Assembly (NCBI GenBank): GCA_017397955.1
Contig: JAFQHL010000064.1
Location: forward strand, 4,384-68,383
DNA from: Clostridia bacterium
GTDB lineage: Bacteria > Bacillota > Clostridia > Oscillospirales > CAG-382
DNA: 64,000 bases
Reading direction: 5' to 3'
This document shows, piece by piece, positions 35,372 to 42,204 of this stretch. Each line of letters starts with the position of its first letter. Position 1 is the first letter of the stretch. The translations under genes were made by a program, and so were the position numbers. A model generated the notes under the pieces. The model was given only the letters and a program-made list of their open reading frames with translations, made no database searches and was not told the DNA's origin.

Positions 35372-36724
35372 TTATTCTGTATACCAAGGCAAGTCTCTTT
35401 CGGAATCGGCAAAACTCACCTCAAAGCCGTTGGCTTTCAATAAAGGCAAAACTTCTTTTTCAGTGTAATCAACGGAAGCATAGCCGTCCAAGTCAAGGGA
35501 TGTTTTGTCGTCAAACAGAATCACATAAGAGCCGCGTTCTATTCTGTTGCCGGAAGGGCCATACCTTGCATCAATGTAATAAACGCTGTCTATCCGACTG
35601 TAGTTATAGGACGAATCGTCAAACTCAAGGCTGTCTTTGTAAAATCTGACATTTGGCAGCATAATCATAACAGCAAAAAAGATTGAAACCGCTGTAACAA
35701 GCACAAAAACTATAAACGCGGCTTTTTTCTCTGCTTTGGAGATAAACAGCCTTTCAAAGTTTTTCCGTTCCGTTTTGCTAAGGTGCTTGTTTGGCATATA
35801 CATAAAAAAGGCAATTGCGCCGAAAATAGAGCAAAGCGCGGCGCACATAAAGCCTGCATACCACGGAGCAGACAGAAAAACCAGCGTACCTGCGGAAGCT
35901 ATTAAATTCCAAACGGCGCAAAAGCCGCAAAAGAAAACCGAAGCGACGGCAAAACACAGCACAAAGGCTTTCAGGCCCGAAACCGGGGACATAAACTTGT
36001 ATGCAACAGAGGTGTCGCAACCGGGGTCAAACGCATGGAATTCCCGCGTTTCGGAATCACAAACATGCGCCGTCAGCGCTTTTTCATATTCCAAAAGCTT
36101 GTTCTTTTGGTTAAGCTTTTCGTATTTTGCCAAGGCTTTGGCGGTCTTGTTTTTCAAAAGCAGTGCGTACGGCTTGAAATTGCAATATCTTGAAAAAATA
36201 TAGCCGTCCCGCGCTTTTTGCAGATGCAAAAAATATCCGTGTGCAAAATCGTCTATGTTATCAATTTTTTCAAAATCAATATCCCTCGGCTTGAGGTTGT
36301 AAACGGTTTTATAGCTTTGAAACAGTGCCTCTTTCAAAACCGTATCGTCCGACAAAAAAGGCTCTATCTGCGATAAAATATCCGTGAGTGTACTTTCAAG
36401 GCTTTTAAAGCAGCACTTCAGCCTTTCGGGGCTTTCGATGTTCCAAAAATAACAAGACTTAAAAGTTTTGTGTTCCAGAAACGGGATTATATCCGTCAGA
36501 TGGTAATAAACCGCGCTGTTTTTTCTAAGCTTCAGCACGCAGTACAGAGAACCGGGTTTATAAAAAACAGACGCTTTTTTCATATATCTGAATTCTAAAA
36601 TATAGCTTTGAAACTCTATGCTGTATTTGCAAAGCTTTTTAGAATCTTCGGTGCTTTCATCCAAAACATCGGTTCTGCTTTTGGCGTAAGCTTGGCAGAG
36701 CAAAATGAATTCGTTTGTAAACAT
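35372..36724 (-). CDS. Hypothetical membrane protein (AT-rich islet)
   Basis: ORF trimmed to the ATG at 36724, 6 nt after GAGGAGG. Cytoplasmic N-terminal half, about 4 TM segments, C-terminal extracytoplasmic domain. No recognised family. Confidence 0.6.
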   Translation of the reverse strand: MFTNEFILLCQAYAKSRTDVLDESTEDSKKLCKYSIEFQSYILEFRYMKKASVFYKPGSLYCVLKLRKNSAVYYHLTDIIPFLEHKTFKSCYFWNIESPERLKCCFKSLESTLTDILSQIEPFLSDDTVLKEALFQSYKTVYNLKPRDIDFEKIDNIDDFAHGYFLHLQKARDGYIFSRYCNFKPYALLLKNKTAKALAKYEKLNQKNKLLEYEKALTAHVCDSETREFHAFDPGCDTSVAYKFMSPVSGLKAFVLCFAVASVFFCGFCAVWNLIASAGTLVFLSAPWYAGFMCAALCSIFGAIAFFMYMPNKHLSKTERKNFERLFISKAEKKAAFIVFVLVTAVSIFFAVMIMLPNVRFYKDSLEFDDSSYNYSRIDSVYYIDARYGPSGNRIERGSYVILFDDKTSLDLDGYASVDYTEKEVLPLLKANGFEVSFADSERDLPWYTE

Positions 36725-36907
36725 TGTGCGCCTCCTCAAACAACGGCAGATTTATATACAGCTATATTATCACAAAACCGTTGCGTTTGCAAGCACAGCT
36801 GACGGCCATTCGGGGCAATAACTTACAAAAGAGGTTGCACATCTCAAAAAGTTTATTAAAGAACTAAAATTAAAAGCCCCCACAGATAGTGAGAGCTAAA
36901 AAGGGTA

Positions 36908-36936
36908 TTGACAAAGCCGATATTTGGGCTTATAAT
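36908..36936 (+). promoter_or_regulatory. Perfect consensus sigma-A promoter with no downstream CDS
   Basis: TTGACA (36908-36913), 17 nt, TATAAT (36931-36936). Confidence 0.6.
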
Positions 36937-36942
36937 GAGTAT

Positions 36943-37034
36943 AGAAAAGGTGCTACCTAATAGACGGTTAGCCCCTAAAAAATTGGTTAAAGATATAACC
37001 GCTTAGTTTGGAGACGGGGCGGTTATTTCTTTTT
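36943..37034 (+). ncRNA. Candidate ~90-nt orphan small RNA (promoter-to-terminator unit)
   Basis: The predicted TSS lies after the consensus promoter. It ends in the hairpin ATAACCGC (36995-37002)/GCGGTTAT (37019-37026) followed by TTCTTTTT. No SD-supported ORF inside. Confidence 0.35.
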
Positions 37035-37070
37035 GCCTTGTAATTCGTTTAACAGTATCAATATCGTAAA

Positions 37071-37568
37071 TCATAATGCCCCCTGTTGTTCTTTTGCCTT
37101 GTTGCTTAAATGCTTTTGCAATATGTCCTCGATTTCCTGCTCGTCTAAAGTGTATTCCTCGTGCATTTCGTTGCAAAGCCATGCATAGTAATATGCAATA
37201 GCCGTAAGGAACGAGCTCAAAATTTCCTCAATCGTATAGTATTCCGTTCTGACGGGCAAGCGTATCAGGGGGAGTGAATCGTTGATGCCAAACACGGGAT
37301 AAGGCGAAAAATCGCTCCAATAAAATATAAAGCCCACTCGCTCGCCTTTTTTGCTCACTAAATAATGCCTATATTCAAACTCCACCGACAAAGTGATGGG
37401 GATGCGAAAATTGTCCTCCATCCAGACTACAAAATCAATAAGCTCTTTTTTTGTGTTTTCGGGAATTTTTTTGTCAAACCAAAGAGAAAATTCGGGCAGG
37501 ATACCTTCGTCGATTTTAAGCTCTACGGTTTGGGCTTTTTGCCAAAGGCTGTTTTTTGACACAAGCAT
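37071..37568 (-). CDS. Hypothetical protein (AT-rich islet)
   Basis: ORF 37071..37736 trimmed to the ATG at 37568. The upstream extension only translates tRNA-fragment and terminator DNA. No recognised family. Confidence 0.55.
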   Translation of the reverse strand: MLVSKNSLWQKAQTVELKIDEGILPEFSLWFDKKIPENTKKELIDFVVWMEDNFRIPITLSVEFEYRHYLVSKKGERVGFIFYWSDFSPYPVFGINDSLPLIRLPVRTEYYTIEEILSSFLTAIAYYYAWLCNEMHEEYTLDEQEIEDILQKHLSNKAKEQQGAL

Positions 37569-37613
37569 CACCTCTACAAGCCTAATTGTATCATATACTG
37601 TGCGGTTTTGCAA

Positions 37614-37682
37614 CAAAAGACCGCAAAAAAAGAACTCCCGCAAAGGGGAGCCTTTTTTTCGTGGTGCGGATGACAGGACTTG
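37614..37682 (-). repeat. Duplicate of the tRNA-Leu 3' end (21 nt) plus its terminator (69 bp, 3 mismatches versus 37762-37830)
   Basis: CAAAAGACCGCAAAAAAAGAACTCCCGCAAAGGGGAGCCTTTTTTTCGTGGTGCGGATGACAGGACTTG matches 37762-37830. The two copies are a direct repeat with a 148-bp period. Confidence 0.9.
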
Positions 37683-37754
37683 CTTTTCTGCGGAAAAGCG
37701 CGGACGGCTCTGACAGTCCACCGGACTGTCATTCACTACCGTCCGTCAAGTCCT
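37675..37754 (-). other. 80-nt strongly structured element closed by an 8-bp stem that uses the tRNA-fragment sequence
   Basis: AGGACTTG (37675-82) pairs with CAAGTCCT (37747-54). It encloses the hairpins CTTTTC-TGCG-GAAAAG (37683-98) and CGGACGG..[GACAGTCC-ACC-GGACTGTC]..CCGTCCG (37701-45). Confidence 0.5.
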
Positions 37755-37764
37755 CTCGTATCAA

Positions 37765-37809
37765 AAGACCACAAAAAAAGAACTCCCGCAAAGGGGAGCC
37801 CTTTTTTTG
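37765..37809 (-). terminator. Terminator immediately after tRNA-Leu
   Basis: CTCCC/GGGAG stem extended by A-run/T-run pairing. On the minus strand a T-run follows the hairpin. Confidence 0.75.
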
Positions 37810-37892
37810 TGGTGCGGATGACAGGACTTGAACCTGCAAGCCGAAGCACTGGTTTCTAAGACCAGCATGTCTGCCAATTCCATCACATCCGC
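37810..37892 (-). tRNA. tRNA-Leu (anticodon UAG), class II with long variable arm, encoded CCA
   Basis: Reverse complement: GCGGATG..CTGGT-CTTAGAA-ACCAG..GTGCTTCGGCTTGC..AGGTTCAAGTCCT..CATCCGC-A-CCA. The cloverleaf was checked by eye. Confidence 0.9.
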
Positions 37893-37916
37893 ATATTAGA
37901 TTTGTTTGCAACGGAT

Positions 37917-37945
37917 AGTATAACACACGGGGCAACCAATGTCAA
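37917..37945 (-). promoter_or_regulatory. Consensus sigma-A promoter for tRNA-Leu
   Basis: Minus strand reads TTGACA (37945-37940), 17 nt, TATACT (37922-37917), about 25 nt upstream of the tRNA 5' end. Confidence 0.65.
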
Positions 37946-38110
37946 TAGAAAACAAAAAAAGAACAAAAACCACTGCTAAAAATGTGAAAATCAAAGAAGA
38001 CTGAACGCACACGGTAAAGCGAGCCGCGTTTTTAAAAGATTTGCCTGTATATTTTATGCGGCGACTGAGCAAATTATGTTCAAACGCAATTTGAAAGCAG
38101 GAAAAAAACT

Positions 38111-39265
38111 ATGTTCAAACGATTAAAAATAACGGCGATTTCTGCATTATGCACCTTGCTTTGCGCGCTGTTTACGGCGAATGCTGCCTTGCCTGACAGC
38201 CTTTGTGTTTTCGGGGCGGAAAGCACCGCGGTGGAAGAAAAACTGGCTTCCCCCGTGTTTACCGCGGCTGTGGACGGTAACGTGGCCACGGTAAAGCTTT
38301 GGGGCTTATTGCCCGTAAAAAGCCTTAGTCTTAAGGTGCTTGACCAAAAAAGTTTGTACCTTGGTGGCACGGCATTTGGCGTAAAATACTTTACCAAGGG
38401 CGTGCTTGTGGTGGGGCTTTGTGCCGTAGAGGGCTTTGGCGGCTCTGTATGTCCTGCAGAGGAGGCAGGCATACAAAAGGGCGATATAGTCCTTTCTGCT
38501 GCAGGCAAAGAGCTTGAAAACGCAGAAAGCCTTAAAAATATAATTGCCGAAACAGGCGGCAACGCCCTGCCGCTGGAGGTACAGCGAGGGGACGATGTGT
38601 TCACCACCGCCATATATCCCGCCCTTTCTGCCGCCGACAACAATTACAAGGGCGGTATGTGGGTGCGCGATTCTACTGCCGGCATAGGCACCGTAACCTA
38701 TATATGTGCCGACGGCAAGCACTTTGGTGGCTTGGGGCACGGAATATGCGACACCGATACAGGCACTCTTATGCCGCTTGACACAGGCGCGGTAGTTGAC
38801 GTGGACATAAACACCGTGCGTAAGGGCACGGCAGGCTATCCGGGTGAGCTGAAGGGCGAAATGGGCAACCTGCGCCGCGGATATCTTACCGCCAATACCG
38901 AAACAGGGGTCTACGGGATTTGGGAGACCGTACCCGAAGCCTTGGGGGAGCTTGTCCCCGTGGGGCTTTCCGACACGGTAAAGAAGGGTAAGGCGCAGAT
39001 ATTTTCCACCGTGGACGGCAAGCGCCAAAGCTATGAGATAGAGATAGAAGAAATTGAAGCGGGTGCAGAGGAAAACCGCAATATGCTTATAAGGGTTACA
39101 GATAAAGCGCTGCTTGCAAAAACAGGCGGAATAGTGCAGGGGATGAGCGGCAGTCCCATAGTGCAAAACGGAAAAATAATAGGTGCCGTGACCCACGTGC
39201 TGATAAACGACCCCACCCGCGGATATGGCATATTTATAGAGAATATGCTGGCTGAACAAAGGTAA
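38111..39265 (+). CDS. spoIVB: Stage IV sporulation protein B (SpoIVB peptidase, S55)
   Basis: 384 aa. Signal anchor, PDZ-like region (GIQKGDIVLSAAGKEL), and S55 motifs GTVTYI..GGLGHGI and GMSGSPIVQNGKIIGAVTHV. Confidence 0.9.
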   Translation: MFKRLKITAISALCTLLCALFTANAALPDSLCVFGAESTAVEEKLASPVFTAAVDGNVATVKLWGLLPVKSLSLKVLDQKSLYLGGTAFGVKYFTKGVLVVGLCAVEGFGGSVCPAEEAGIQKGDIVLSAAGKELENAESLKNIIAETGGNALPLEVQRGDDVFTTAIYPALSAADNNYKGGMWVRDSTAGIGTVTYICADGKHFGGLGHGICDTDTGTLMPLDTGAVVDVDINTVRKGTAGYPGELKGEMGNLRRGYLTANTETGVYGIWETVPEALGELVPVGLSDTVKKGKAQIFSTVDGKRQSYEIEIEEIEAGAEENRNMLIRVTDKALLAKTGGIVQGMSGSPIVQNGKIIGAVTHVLINDPTRGYGIFIENMLAEQR

Positions 39266-39315
39266 AACGCGGCAGATGGATTTAAACCTCCGCCCTTTTA
39301 AAAAAAACAATAATA

Positions 39316-39343
39316 ACAGGGAAGGAAAAAACCTTCCCTTTTT
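39316..39343 (+). terminator. Rho-independent terminator of spoIVB
   Basis: GGGAAGG-AAAAAA-CCTTCCC followed by TTTTT. Confidence 0.8.
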
Positions 39344-39392
39344 GTCGGATTCGTGGTACAATAATATTAAATTCTTTGTATTGGAGACTGGG

Positions 39393-40250
39393 ATGAAGTT
39401 TGACAACGTATATTTTATAAACGGTACCGCTTATGCCGGCAAGTCCACTATGGTAAAATTGCTTGCGGCGCGGCACGGCGGTATTGCCTGCGAGGAAAAT
39501 TATCACAACGCGTGGCTGGACCGACTTGACCCGAAGGAGTTTCCGGGGCTTTGCTACACACGCGACCTAAAGGATTGGCGACATTTTATAAGGCGCACGC
39601 CCGACGAATATGAGGCGTGGATAAACACTACTTCCAAAGAGTGCGCCGCCATAGAACTGCAAATGCTGGAGGAGATAGCAGCCCACGGCAAGCCTGTGTT
39701 TGTGGACACCAATATTCCCCCTGAAATTTTGCACCGTGTATCCGATAAAGCCCACGTGCTTATAATGCTTGCTGAGCCGCAAATATCCGTAAACAGGTTT
39801 TTCGACCGTCCTGACAGAGAAAAGCAGTTTTTGTACCGCTTGCTGACAGAGGAGGACGACCCCAAAGCCGCAATGGAAAACTTTAGGGCTTGCTTAAGCC
39901 GCATCAACTCCAAGGAAGCCTACGAAAGTTTTATGAACTGCGGCTTTAAGGTTCTGGTTAGGGATGACAGGCGCAGTGTGAAGGAAACTCTTGTGCTGGC
40001 AGAGCACGCTCTTGGCTTGCCTGTTGACATGATGGTTTTGGAAGAAGCTGTTGCCTGTATTAAAGAGATGGAAACGCTTTTTGACAGGCTTAGCACTGTA
40101 CCTGACAGGGAAGGACTGGCTATACTGACAGAGTATTATGAGGGCGGCAAGTGGCAGTACCACTATCATTTGGATGAGCTGGGGCTTTTGCCTGCAGACC
40201 TGAAACGGGGCGTTTTGTCGGAGGACGGGGTGTATAACCTTTTGACGTAA
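39393..40250 (+). CDS. P-loop kinase-like protein with a C-terminal DUF4298-like region
   Basis: Start moved to the ATG at 39393, because ORF 39276 begins upstream of the spoIVB terminator. Walker A motif GTAYAGKST. The C-terminal family call is tentative. Confidence 0.5.
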   Translation: MKFDNVYFINGTAYAGKSTMVKLLAARHGGIACEENYHNAWLDRLDPKEFPGLCYTRDLKDWRHFIRRTPDEYEAWINTTSKECAAIELQMLEEIAAHGKPVFVDTNIPPEILHRVSDKAHVLIMLAEPQISVNRFFDRPDREKQFLYRLLTEEDDPKAAMENFRACLSRINSKEAYESFMNCGFKVLVRDDRRSVKETLVLAEHALGLPVDMMVLEEAVACIKEMETLFDRLSTVPDREGLAILTEYYEGGKWQYHYHLDELGLLPADLKRGVLSEDGVYNLLT

Positions 40251-40271
40251 AACGATGCATGGAGGTTTATT

Positions 40272-40688
40272 ATGAGTTTTTTAAAATTTTTAAAATCCCG
40301 CGCTTTTGCGTGGGAGGATATAAACTTTTTCGAGTTTGAGTACAGCACGGGCAATATGATGAACGCAAGCGTGCTCTTTAGGTTAAGTCTGAACGAGGGC
40401 GTTTACACGGCACAGTACAAGAAAAACGGTGTGCCCGATGATAAGGCGGAGAGCTTTGTTGTTGACAGCGAGTTTGTTAATAAGCTGACCGCGCTTTTAA
40501 AGCTTTACAGGCTTGACAAATGGGACGGGTTTAAGAAAAGCGACAAGCGGGTTTTGGACGGATATCACTTCCACGCATACATACATAATACCAAAAATCA
40601 AAGAATAAGCGCCTCCGGCTATATGAAATGGCCGAAAAACTATTCCGCGGTAAAAAAAGCCTTAACAGAATTGTATACAAGTCTTTAG
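40272..40688 (+). CDS. Hypothetical protein
   Basis: 138 aa. GGAGG RBS. No recognised family. Confidence 0.55.
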   Translation: MSFLKFLKSRAFAWEDINFFEFEYSTGNMMNASVLFRLSLNEGVYTAQYKKNGVPDDKAESFVVDSEFVNKLTALLKLYRLDKWDGFKKSDKRVLDGYHFHAYIHNTKNQRISASGYMKWPKNYSAVKKALTELYTSL

Positions 40689-40691
40689 AGG

Positions 40692-40730
40692 AAAACGGAC
40701 TGCCCTTAAAAGCAGTCCGTTTAGGTTTGT
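40692..40730 (+). terminator. Terminator hairpin after the 40272-40688 gene
   Basis: AACGGACTGC/GCAGTCCGTT stem. The T-tract is weak (TTAGGTTTG). Confidence 0.55.
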
Positions 40731-40731
40731 T

Positions 40732-40763
40732 AACAAAAAGGCTTGGTTGGCTAAAAGCCTTTC
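40732..40763 (-). terminator. Terminator after the 40778-42064 gene
   Basis: Minus strand reads AAGGCTT-loop-AAGCCTT followed by TTTTGT. Confidence 0.6.
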
Positions 40764-40777
40764 TTGCTTATTGCTTT

Positions 40778-42064
40778 TCAAAACGCGTGGCGCAAGTTTT
40801 TGTTTATCAATACGCAAAGCGCAAGGCTAAGCAACGACAATACATAAAGACTTGCTGTACCGTCGCCTGTGGGTGGCACGGTAGGCGTTTGTTCCTCCTC
40901 AGCGGCGCACAGGTTTTCCAAAAGCGCATCTGTTTCTTCATCGCTAAGCCCTATGGATTTTACATAATCGCGGGCTTCTGTCGCAAGGTCGGCGCTTTCA
41001 AGGTCTTCCGTATCAAATGCCGCCTCAAGGGATTTTACAATGTTGCTTTGGCAAATAGCTGTGTACATTTCCGTACCTGCCTCTACGCCGTAGTAGTTGG
41101 CGTAGGTCAACATATAGTCCTCGCAAACCTCATCAAGGCTTGCGCCTGTTAAACATTCCAGTATCGCCGCCACAAATCCTGCGCGGTCCTTGCCTTCTTT
41201 GCAATGTACGGCATAAACCCCTTTGTTTTGGGCAAAGAATTTAAGCCCGCGGGCAAGCCCTTCCTTAAACTCCGCGCTTTCAAAATCCACGCCTACCCCA
41301 AGGTATATAACCTGCTGTTTGCCGTAATAGCTGTCTGTAAAATCGGGATATGCGGCAGCAGCGCTTTCGCTGTCGGCAAGGTTCATTATTACCGTAACGC
41401 CTGCCGCTTCAAGGGCGGCATCCGCAAAGAGGTTGCGCCCCAGCTCCGGATTTACGGGATTAGAGCTGCGGAAAAGCACACCTTCCTTAAGTCCCGTAGT
41501 GGTTATTGCGCGGAAATTGGCATATTCCTCGTCGCTAAGGTGGGGGTAATCCTCCCGCGCGTTACTGCGGCTAAGCTCTCCCAGCAGGTAGCCTGCCATG
41601 TAGCCGCCCTTTTCTTCAAGTGCAAAGTCTACGTTTATGGGAAAACTTACGCCCTCTGCGGCGGTCCAAGACCAAGTGCCGTCGGCGGCACTTTGCTTTT
41701 TGGCTATACCGTAGCTTTCCGCAAAGTTGCCCATATTTACCGCAAGCGCCACATTGCCGGTGGGTGCACCGTCCTCTGCTTTTTTCACTATAATTGCGGC
41801 ACTGCCGCTTTCCACATGATTATAGGTGGGCACTACGGGCAGTACAAGCTCTTGGTTTAAAAAGCTTACACGCACCGTATCGCCCCAATCAAAGTTGCGG
41901 CCGTTAAAAAACATTTCACCGCTGCAATCCGTATATACGTTGCCGTATTTGCTTATCCAAATGTCGTTATCGGTACCGCCTATTATAACCTGTTCCGCGG
42001 CACTGACACAAAGAGACCCGCAGATAAGAACCGCAGCAAAAACAAATACTAAAGCTCTTTTCAT
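40778..42064 (-). CDS. Secreted, probably sortase-anchored protein-tyrosine-phosphatase-like enzyme (Y_phosphatase3-type HCX5R)
   Basis: Signal peptide. Active-site VHCKEGKDRAG. C-terminal VPPTGDG, then a hydrophobic stretch and a KNLRH tail, which together form a sorting signal. Confidence 0.7.
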   Translation of the reverse strand: MKRALVFVFAAVLICGSLCVSAAEQVIIGGTDNDIWISKYGNVYTDCSGEMFFNGRNFDWGDTVRVSFLNQELVLPVVPTYNHVESGSAAIIVKKAEDGAPTGNVALAVNMGNFAESYGIAKKQSAADGTWSWTAAEGVSFPINVDFALEEKGGYMAGYLLGELSRSNAREDYPHLSDEEYANFRAITTTGLKEGVLFRSSNPVNPELGRNLFADAALEAAGVTVIMNLADSESAAAAYPDFTDSYYGKQQVIYLGVGVDFESAEFKEGLARGLKFFAQNKGVYAVHCKEGKDRAGFVAAILECLTGASLDEVCEDYMLTYANYYGVEAGTEMYTAICQSNIVKSLEAAFDTEDLESADLATEARDYVKSIGLSDEETDALLENLCAAEEEQTPTVPPTGDGTASLYVLSLLSLALCVLINKNLRHAF

Positions 42065-42204
42065 ACATAATCACTCCTTTAATTTAAGTTTAACATTTGC
42101 GTTGCTTATTGTCAATAAAAATCCCTTGTTTTGTTCATCGGCCGTGTTGACAAAAGCGGCGGCAAATGTTATACTTTAACATAACACTATCATGGAGGAG
42201 ACCT

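Noticed and set aside
37569-37736. N-terminal extension of ORF 37071..37736.
   Set aside because: The extension merely translates the duplicated tRNA 3' fragment, the terminator and the structured insert. An in-frame ATG at 37568 gives a sensible start.
34508-37892. A prophage or integrative element inserted at tRNA-Leu.
   Set aside because: No integrase, recombinase, excisionase or phage structural genes are present. Only a 69-bp duplication and an AT-rich two-gene islet remain, so I report it as a possible remnant only.
38076-38126. An 11-nt direct repeat ATGTTCAAACG (38076 and 38111) creating a 16-codon out-of-frame upstream ORF before spoIVB.
   Set aside because: There is no SD before the upstream ATG. 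It is most simply a small duplication of the start region, and there is no evidence of regulatory function.
39276-39392. The upstream start of ORF 39276..40250.
   Set aside because: The spoIVB terminator hairpin (39316-39343) lies inside the extension. The Walker-A-containing protein begins naturally at the ATG at 39393.
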